Below, piece by piece: positions 46,534-53,178 of a stretch of 53,178 bases of DNA. This stretch comes from Elusimicrobiota bacterium (GTDB lineage: Bacteria > Elusimicrobiota > Endomicrobiia > CG1-02-37-114 > JAHJSO01), in the NCBI GenBank assembly GCA_043826435.1, contig JBDRQF010000036.1, forward strand, positions 1 through 53,178, in the 5' to 3' direction. Below the pieces are notes generated by a model. The model saw only the letters and a list, made by a program, of their open reading frames with translations. It had not been told where the DNA came from and searched no databases. A program made the translations under genes and the position numbers. Positions within the stretch are counted from its first letter, which is position 1. The number at the start of each line of letters is the position of its first letter.

Positions 46534-47796
46534 TTAAGTTCCCTCCGACCAGGTGGACAGATACCTTTTCTGTTTTGCCGTCAGGGTGTCTATTCTTTTG
46601 CCCATTGCCTTCAGCTTGAGTTCAGCCACCTTTTTGTCAATGTGTTCCGGCACAGGGTAAACCCTCTTTTCAAGTTTTGAATGCCTTTTAAGTATGTGCT
46701 CAACACAGAGCGACTGGTTGGCGAAACTCATGTCCATAACGCTTGCAGGATGCCCTTCCGCTGCAGCAAGGTTTATAAGCCGGCCCTCGCCTAACAGGTA
46801 TATCTTCTTCCCGTTTTTAAGAGAGAACTCATCTATGAATTCCTTAATCCTGCGGACCTTTTTGCTTAATTTCCTGAGCGCGGGGATGTCTATCTCAACG
46901 TTGAAATGCCCTGAGTTTGCAAGGACTGCGCCGTCTTTCATTTTCGGGAAGTGCTCCTGTCTCAAAACGGAAGTGTCCCCGGTAAGGGTTACGAAAATAT
47001 CGCCGATCTTTGCCGCCTCTGCAACGGGCATAACGGTATATCCGTCCATTGTCGCCTCAAGCGCCATTAGCGGGTCAACCTCCGCGATGATGACGTTTGA
47101 GCCCATGCCCTTTGCCCTCATCGCCACTCCCCTGCCGCACCATCCGTAGCCGCACACAACAAAATTTTTACCGGCAAGAAGCAGGTTTGTCGCCCTGAGG
47201 ATACCGTCAATGGTTGACTGTCCTGTCCCGTAACGGTTGTCAAACAGGTGTTTCGTCAGAGCATCGTTTATTGCGATAACGGGGTATTTCAGGACGCCGT
47301 CTTTTTCCATTGCGCGCAGGCGGATAACCCCTGTTGTCGTCTCTTCGGTCCCGCCTATAACGGCGGCGGTTAATCTTTTATATCTGGCATCGGTGTGCAG
47401 GATCGTCACAAGGTCGGCGCCGTCATCCATCGTCACATGGGGTCTGCTTTCAAGAACGGAGTGGATGTGGCTGTAGTACGTTTTGTTGTCCTCCCCTTTT
47501 ACGGAAAATACTGGTATCCGCCAGTACTTCACAAGGGCAGCGGCGACATCGTCCTGGGTTGAAAGGGGGTTTGAGGCGCACAGGAACGGTATGGCACCGC
47601 CGTCCTTAAGGGTGATCATCAGGTTGGCTGTTTCAGTCGTAACGTGCAGGCAGCACCCCAGACGCAGTCCGGTCAGCGGTTTTTCCCGCTTGAACCTTTC
47701 TCTGATAAGCCGTAAAACCGGCATTTCCTTGTCCGCCCACTCTATCCTGTTCTTCCCCTTCTGCGCATCCGCAATGTTTTTTACGTGATATTTCAT
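46534..47796 (-). CDS. ahcY: Adenosylhomocysteinase (start moved to ATG 47796)
   Basis: [62 protein letters not shown]. Confidence 0.97.
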   Translation of the reverse strand: MKYHVKNIADAQKGKNRIEWADKEMPVLRLIRERFKREKPLTGLRLGCCLHVTTETANLMITLKDGGAIPFLCASNPLSTQDDVAAALVKYWRIPVFSVKGEDNKTYYSHIHSVLESRPHVTMDDGADLVTILHTDARYKRLTAAVIGGTEETTTGVIRLRAMEKDGVLKYPVIAINDALTKHLFDNRYGTGQSTIDGILRATNLLLAGKNFVVCGYGWCGRGVAMRAKGMGSNVIIAEVDPLMALEATMDGYTVMPVAEAAKIGDIFVTLTGDTSVLRQEHFPKMKDGAVLANSGHFNVEIDIPALRKLSKKVRRIKEFIDEFSLKNGKKIYLLGEGRLINLAAAEGHPASVMDMSFANQSLCVEHILKRHSKLEKRVYPVPEHIDKKVAELKLKAMGKRIDTLTAKQKRYLSTWSEGT

Positions 47797-47862
47797 AGTT
47801 GTCTCCTGAATTATTTTTTCCTTAACCAGGACGGCCGTTTTGCAGAAAACCATTTCATCCGG

Positions 47863-49020
47863 TTATTTGAGTTTGCTTACCATGTCTGTTAATTCCCATG
47901 TAAAATCAGGGTCTGTCCTGCCGAAATGCCCGCCCACTGCCGTCTTCGTGTATATGGGCCTCCTGAGTTTCAGGTAATCAATTATTTCTTTTGGTTTAAG
48001 CGGGAACGTTTTCCTGACAACCTTTTCCAATTGTTCGTCGCTTGTTTTTCCCGTGCCGTGCGTGTCTACAAGGATTGACACCGGGTCTGCGACTCCTATA
48101 CAGTAAGATAACTGCACGTTGCATTCCTTCGCGAGCCCCGCCGCAACAATGTTTTTCGCAATGTATCTCGCCATGTATGCGGCTGACCTGTCAACCTTGG
48201 TCGGATCCTTACCTGAAAAGGCGCCTCCTCCGTGCAGCGCCCACCCGCCGTACGTATCAACTATTATCTTCCTGCCAGTCATACCCGTGTCCGACTGCGG
48301 GCCGCCTACGACAAACTTTCCCGTTGCATTTATAAAATATTTTGTATTTTTGTCCGTCAGGTCGCCTACTACGGGCTTAATAACATTTTCTATTATTTCC
48401 TTTTTTGCATCTTCCGACATGTTTTTTCCCGTTTTGTCCAGGACGTCCTCCGTGTGCTGGCATGCAATTACCGCCGCATCAACGCGCACGGGCTTGGAAT
48501 CCCTGTATTCCACTGTTACCTGGGACTTACCGTCCGGGCCCAGGTATTTCAACACTCCTTTTCTCCTGACTTCAGAAAGTTTGTGGATGAGTTTATGCGC
48601 AAGGACAATCGGGGTAGGCATGTATTCAGGCGTTTCGTCACACGCAAATCCTATCATTGAACCCTGGTCGCCAGCGCCGCCTGTATCAACGCCCTGCGAT
48701 ATATCCGGCGACTGTGAATGTATTGCATTGAGTATGGCGCATGTCTGGTAATCAAAACCGTATTTCGGATCTGTATATCCGATTTCTTTAATAAGGGCGC
48801 GGACCCTTCCATGCACATCCACATAGCCCTTGGTGGTAATCTCACCGCCGACGATCACAAGCCCCAATGTGATAAACGTCTCGCAGGCAACCCTCCCGTT
48901 GGGGTCGTTCTTCATTACTTCATCCAGCACTGCATCTGAAATCTGGTCGCATACCTTATCAGGATGCCCTTCAGAAACCGATTCTGAACTGAAAAAAAAG
49001 TTTTTCCTTGTCCAACTCAC
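47863..49020 (-). CDS. metK: S-adenosylmethionine synthetase
   Basis: [41 protein letters not shown]. Confidence 0.98.
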   Translation of the reverse strand: MSWTRKNFFFSSESVSEGHPDKVCDQISDAVLDEVMKNDPNGRVACETFITLGLVIVGGEITTKGYVDVHGRVRALIKEIGYTDPKYGFDYQTCAILNAIHSQSPDISQGVDTGGAGDQGSMIGFACDETPEYMPTPIVLAHKLIHKLSEVRRKGVLKYLGPDGKSQVTVEYRDSKPVRVDAAVIACQHTEDVLDKTGKNMSEDAKKEIIENVIKPVVGDLTDKNTKYFINATGKFVVGGPQSDTGMTGRKIIVDTYGGWALHGGGAFSGKDPTKVDRSAAYMARYIAKNIVAAGLAKECNVQLSYCIGVADPVSILVDTHGTGKTSDEQLEKVVRKTFPLKPKEIIDYLKLRRPIYTKTAVGGHFGRTDPDFTWELTDMVSKLK

Positions 49021-49155
49021 GTTTACCTCCTTCAGTTTCCAATCTATGAACAGATTGGTAAACTCAACCAGTTTAATTCGCTCTCAACCCGTGGTGCAAT
49101 ATTTAAACACAGAACTATGCCAATATGCCGAAAAGTTGCATTCATGTTTACCTCC
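49017..49155 (-). mobile_element. Family-2 element copy B: 111 nt (49031-49141) between 14-bp direct repeats GGAGGTAAAC(A/G)TGA
   Basis: DR at 49142-49155 and 49017-49030 (13/14 identical); interior matches copy A at 40/49 positions over its 5' part. Confidence 0.72.
49044..49145 (-). CDS. 33-aa small ORF created by the duplicated metK RBS/start ([33 protein letters not shown])
   Basis: GGAGG RBS 5 nt before ATG; open frame ending in TAG 23 nt before the metK GTG. Confidence 0.3.
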   Translation of the reverse strand: MNATFRHIGIVLCLNIAPRVESELNWLSLPICS

Positions 49156-49165
49156 CGGGCCGGCG

Positions 49166-50581
49166 TCATTTGGTATTTTTTAAAGCATAACCGGCAAGTT
49201 TTTTCCCGAATGAAATAAGTTTCCTTGTTCTGACGGGGCTGTCCGTTTCGGCATACACGCGCAAAACCGGTTCAGTCCCGGATGGTCTCATAAGGAGCCA
49301 TGAATCGTCGTTCAGGGCAATCCTTATGCCGTCCCATGTGTCAACATTGCTGACCATTTTAGCAAATATTTTTTTTGGAATCAAGCCCGTAACCTTCCTG
49401 CTGAAATTATCCTTGTCAAAAATGATTTCCTTTAAGCGGATGTCATCCCTGAGAAAAAATGACTTCCCGAATTCTTCCTGTAGTTCAAAAACATGCCTTG
49501 AAAGTTTTTTGCCTGACGACCCCAACATCTCAATAAGAATCAATGCGGACAGCACCCCGTCCCTGTCCTCTATTTCACTCATCGCCCAGTACCCGCCCGA
49601 CTCCTCTCCGCCCAAAAGGACGTTTTCATTAAGGAGTTTGTCTGCGATGTATTTAAATCCGACACGGGTTTCTGTAAACGGGAGATTGTATCTTTTTGCG
49701 ATTCTCCGTGAGAGGTAGCCCAGCGAGATTGTCTGCACTACCGAGCCCGATAGTTCTTTGACCTTTACAAGGTAGTCCAGCAGCAGCGGAAACACGATGT
49801 GCGGCGGAAGGTAACTGCCTGTGTCGTCAATTACGCCCAGCCGGTCGCCGTCGCCGTCAAACGCAAGACCGCACCCTGCCTTTTCCTTGATGACGGCTTT
49901 TTTGAGTTGAGAAAGATTTTTTTCAACCGGTTCAGGGACCATCCCGCCGAATGTCGGGTCCCTGTGCGCCCTTATAGTCATTGTGTTCCCGTTGTTAAAC
50001 AGGCCTCTTATGTATTGTCCGGAGGGCCCGTACATGCAATCAAAAACAATTTTTTTTCTTATCTTTTGGACACATGACAGGTCAACCGACTTGCCTAAGT
50101 ATTCAATGTAATCCGGTACGATGTCTATGCAAGTCAGGCCTGTTTCGTCCAGGACGGACAAATCCCCGACTGAGGTATCCTGCTTCCCGAGATTTTCTTC
50201 TACTTTCTGGCTGAACCACACCGGCACCGGCCCTCCGTAAGGGGCTTTTATTTTAATCCCGTTGAACTGGTACGGGTTATGGCTGGCGGTAATCATTATA
50301 CCTATCTCGCATGATAACGTCTTTGTTGCATAACACAGGTTCGGAGTTATAACGGATGACCCTGTCATTTTAACGGTGTGCCCGTTTTTACGGAAGATTG
50401 AAGCCACAAATTGCGCGAACCTTTCTGATAAGAACCTGCTGTCATAGCCGACAAGGATATTTTTACCCTGCGGGAGCACCCCGGAAATTGCGCCGGTAAC
50501 CTTTGCAAGGTTTTCAAAATTAAAATCGTCTGCGATTATTCCTCGCCAGCCCTCTGTTCCGAATTTAATTTTCATCGGCAT
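49166..50581 (-). CDS. Phosphoglucomutase/phosphomannomutase family protein
   Basis: FGTEGWRG, ITASHNP, DGDGDR, GGEESGG, RPSGTEP. Confidence 0.95.
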   Translation of the reverse strand: MPMKIKFGTEGWRGIIADDFNFENLAKVTGAISGVLPQGKNILVGYDSRFLSERFAQFVASIFRKNGHTVKMTGSSVITPNLCYATKTLSCEIGIMITASHNPYQFNGIKIKAPYGGPVPVWFSQKVEENLGKQDTSVGDLSVLDETGLTCIDIVPDYIEYLGKSVDLSCVQKIRKKIVFDCMYGPSGQYIRGLFNNGNTMTIRAHRDPTFGGMVPEPVEKNLSQLKKAVIKEKAGCGLAFDGDGDRLGVIDDTGSYLPPHIVFPLLLDYLVKVKELSGSVVQTISLGYLSRRIAKRYNLPFTETRVGFKYIADKLLNENVLLGGEESGGYWAMSEIEDRDGVLSALILIEMLGSSGKKLSRHVFELQEEFGKSFFLRDDIRLKEIIFDKDNFSRKVTGLIPKKIFAKMVSNVDTWDGIRIALNDDSWLLMRPSGTEPVLRVYAETDSPVRTRKLISFGKKLAGYALKNTK

Positions 50582-50584
50582 TTT

Positions 50585-50935
50585 TTATCTGCCACGATGC
50601 TTTGAGTCCTTCCGGCCATAATCGTCGTCAATGCGCACCCTGTCGTTAGGATGCGGGGTGGATGTCTCTATTATTTTTATATCGCCGAATTTTGCAAATA
50701 TTCTGTGGATTGTCCCGGGTTTAAGACGGATTGATTCGCCTTCTTTCAGGATGACCTTTCTCCTGCCGACTTCAAATATGCACTTCCCCCCGTCCATATA
50801 AAGGGTTTCGTCCTTTTTCCTGTGATATTGCCTGCTGAGACGGTGGCCCTTTTTGACAATAAGGATTTTACCCATGTATTTTTTCGTCCATGCAATCCAT
50901 GTCTCCCTCCCCCACGGTTTAACTACTGTTTTCAA
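50585..50935 (-). CDS. Cupin, mannose-6-phosphate isomerase type II-like
   Basis: KPWG, LSRQYH..KDET, PGTIHR, ETSTP, DDYGR. Confidence 0.85.
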   Translation of the reverse strand: MKTVVKPWGRETWIAWTKKYMGKILIVKKGHRLSRQYHRKKDETLYMDGGKCIFEVGRRKVILKEGESIRLKPGTIHRIFAKFGDIKIIETSTPHPNDRVRIDDDYGRKDSKHRGR

Positions 50936-50947
50936 TTTTGGCCTCCA

Positions 50948-51071
50948 TACACACTGTCATTGCGAGGGGCGTTAGCAACGAAGCAATCTCACTTTACACA
51001 CTGTCATTGCGAGGAGCGTTAGCAACGAAGCAATCTCAATCTTTTAACGACGAGATTGCCACGCAATGACA
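50948..51071. repeat. REP cluster: two tandem 47-nt-period copies plus an inverted partner (REPIN-like)
   Basis: tacacactgtcattgcgagg(g/a)gcgttagcaacgaagcaatctca at 50948 and 50995; gagattgccacgcaatgaca at 51052-51071. Confidence 0.88.
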
Positions 51072-51090
51072 TTATTAACGGTTTCTGAAA

Positions 51091-52146
51091 TTACGTTCGG
51101 GAAAATCTTGCAATGGTTGTGTTATCCCCGATAGCGCCTAAGGGCCCAACGCTGCAACCGACACCCATCACGCAGTTATTGCCGATAACGCTCTTTTCAA
51201 TTCTTGCACCCTCGCCGATAACAGTGTTGTCCAGAATAACGCTGTCATTTATTGTTGCTCCTTTCCCTATAAGGCAGTTACCGCCGATTGACGCCGTACC
51301 GGATATCTGAACATAACCGTCTATTCTTGAACCCTTGCCGATAACGACAGACCCTGATATTGCTGAATCAGGCGATATCCTAACGCCCCTGTCCGCCCAT
51401 ATATTTTTTCTTATTCTCCTGCCCGGGATTGTAAAACCGGTATTGCCGGAAAGGATGTCATGGTGCACCTGCAGGTATTTTTCAACCGTGCCTATGTCAA
51501 TCCAGTAGGAAGACGAAATATAACCGTACACGGGATACTTCATTTCAAGCAAAAGAGGGAACAGCCCTCTTTCAACGGAATAGTTGACTCTTGGGGGTAT
51601 GTGTTCCAGAATAGACGGGTCAAAGACGTATATCCCGGCGTTTATGGTATTGCAGGTTATCTCGTCCCATGACGGTTTTTCAAGAAACCTTTCTATCCGG
51701 CATTGCCTGTTTGTTTCAACAAGGCCGTAAACAGTGGGGTCTTTTACCCGCGTCAGGACAATTGTCAGGGCAGCCCCCCTGCTTTTATGGGATTTAATGA
51801 CGTCGCCTATGTTGATGTCCGTAAGTATGTCCCCGTTAAAAATTACAGTCGGCGTATCAATGAATTCCTGAACGTTCTTGATAGCCCCCCCCGTGCCGAG
51901 AGGCATTTTCTCATAAAAATATTTTATTCTTATCCCGAACTTCCTGCCGTCACCGAAGTATTTCAGGAAATTTTTTGAAAGATAATTCAGGCAGAACGCA
52001 ATGTCCCTTATCCCGTTTTTCCTGAGGAGTTCAATCTGGTACATCACCGACGGTCTGTTGAGTATGGGGAGGAGGGGCTTGGGCGTCGTACAGGTAAAGG
52101 GACGCAGCCGGGTGCCGAAACCTCCTAATAAAATTACCGCTTTCAT
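51091..52146 (-). CDS. NDP-sugar pyrophosphorylase (mannose-1-phosphate guanylyltransferase-like)
   Basis: LLGGFGTRLRP.T...PKP, PLGTGG, NGD, FLEKP, C-terminal hexapeptide repeats. Confidence 0.92.
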   Translation of the reverse strand: MKAVILLGGFGTRLRPFTCTTPKPLLPILNRPSVMYQIELLRKNGIRDIAFCLNYLSKNFLKYFGDGRKFGIRIKYFYEKMPLGTGGAIKNVQEFIDTPTVIFNGDILTDINIGDVIKSHKSRGAALTIVLTRVKDPTVYGLVETNRQCRIERFLEKPSWDEITCNTINAGIYVFDPSILEHIPPRVNYSVERGLFPLLLEMKYPVYGYISSSYWIDIGTVEKYLQVHHDILSGNTGFTIPGRRIRKNIWADRGVRISPDSAISGSVVIGKGSRIDGYVQISGTASIGGNCLIGKGATINDSVILDNTVIGEGARIEKSVIGNNCVMGVGCSVGPLGAIGDNTTIARFSRT

Positions 52147-53099
52147 TTTGTTTTCTCCCTGCCGGCATCATTGCCGGCGCGGCCTGTTTTTTTAAAATAC
52201 TCAAACGTCCGTTCCAGTCCGGACTCTATATCGGTCTTCGGCCCCCAGTTGAGTTTTTCTTTTGCCTTTTTTATGTCCAGGAAACTCTTGAATAGTTCAC
52301 CTGTCCTCGGGGGTTTATAAACGGGTTTTCCCGGGTAACCGGACGCCTTTTTTAGTATTTCAAAAAGCCGGTTCACCGAAGTGGCGGCGCCTGTCCCGAT
52401 ATTTACGACGGTACTCTCGCTCAAATCCAGTGCCGCAAGGTTTGCCCTGACTACGTCGTCTATATACACGTAGTCCCTGAGTTGTTCGCCGTCCCCGAAT
52501 ACAAGGACGTCTTCGTTTGACAGCATTCTTAAACTGAATATAGCCACAACACCCGCCTCGCCGTGCGGGTCCTGCCTTGGACCATATACGTTCCCGTATC
52601 TCATAGAGACCGTATTTATTTTGAAAACTTCGGAGTAGTAATTCATATAGTACTCAACGACAAGTTTTGCAATGCCGTAGGGTGACATGGGATTTTTGGG
52701 TGCCTTTTCATCCGGGGGCGTCTCATTACACTCGCCGTAAATCGTGCCGCCGCTTGAAGAGAAAATGAACTTTTTGACGTTGTATTTCCGGCAGTTTTCA
52801 AGCAGTGAGACGGAACCGAGGATGTTTATTCTCGCATCAAACAACGGGTCGGCGACTGATTTCCTGACGTCAATCTGCGCCGCATGGTTGTTGACAACTT
52901 CAAACCTCCCGTTTTTGAATATGCCTTCAACAGAAGGGTCGTTAATGTCCGTTTTGTAGAACTTTGCTTTCGGGTTTAAGTTATTCTCTTTCCCGGTTGA
53001 CAGGTCATCAACAACGGTTACTTCATGTCCCGCAGAAATGTAGGCATCAGTAATGTTTGAGCCGATAAAACCCGCACCGCCCGTGACCATGACTTTCAT
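52143..53099 (-). CDS. NAD-dependent epimerase (UDP-glucose 4-epimerase-like)
   Basis: TGGAGFIG, HAAQIDVRKS, SSGGTIYG, YGIAK, RYGNVYGPRQDPHGEAGVV. Confidence 0.93.
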   Translation of the reverse strand: MKVMVTGGAGFIGSNITDAYISAGHEVTVVDDLSTGKENNLNPKAKFYKTDINDPSVEGIFKNGRFEVVNNHAAQIDVRKSVADPLFDARINILGSVSLLENCRKYNVKKFIFSSSGGTIYGECNETPPDEKAPKNPMSPYGIAKLVVEYYMNYYSEVFKINTVSMRYGNVYGPRQDPHGEAGVVAIFSLRMLSNEDVLVFGDGEQLRDYVYIDDVVRANLAALDLSESTVVNIGTGAATSVNRLFEILKKASGYPGKPVYKPPRTGELFKSFLDIKKAKEKLNWGPKTDIESGLERTFEYFKKTGRAGNDAGREKTK

Positions 53100-53178
53100 T
53101 ATAAATGTTTCTCCCTTTAATAGGAACCTTTTTTACTGAAAATGGCCGGAAGTGTTTTGAATAATATTTTTAAATCCA

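Noticed and set aside
49021..49165. SAM riboswitch upstream of metK
   Set aside because: No SAM-I/II/III consensus visible; the region is explained by the family-2 element

Overview
Gene-dense bacterial core-genome segment, almost entirely on the minus strand (only lptF/lptG on plus). It holds leuS (partial), tlyA-dxs-ispA-ymdB-rny-ygfA-rarA-zapA/B, thrS-infC-rpmI-rplT-(ktrBA, TPR)-pheST, purine genes, gap-pgk-secG, metK-ahcY, sugar-nucleotide genes and four tRNAs. A diderm envelope is indicated (LptFG, beta-barrels); Elusimicrobiota is my unverified guess. The most interesting signals are: (1) a ~110-nt TIR-less element present twice, each copy flanked by a different 14-bp direct repeat (tRNA-Leu 3' end; metK RBS/start); (2) a second ~90-nt family (5 full copies + 1 partial), always sense to transcription, whose three full gene-proximal copies end exactly 8 nt before a start codon; (3) an A34 tRNA-Leu(AAG) at the secG locus; (4) a T9SS-like trio (SprA-like translocon, PorV-like barrel, CTD-bearing substrate); (5) an uncharacterised FecR-domain plus two-barrel operon. 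All calls are from reading the sequence by eye; no searches were run.
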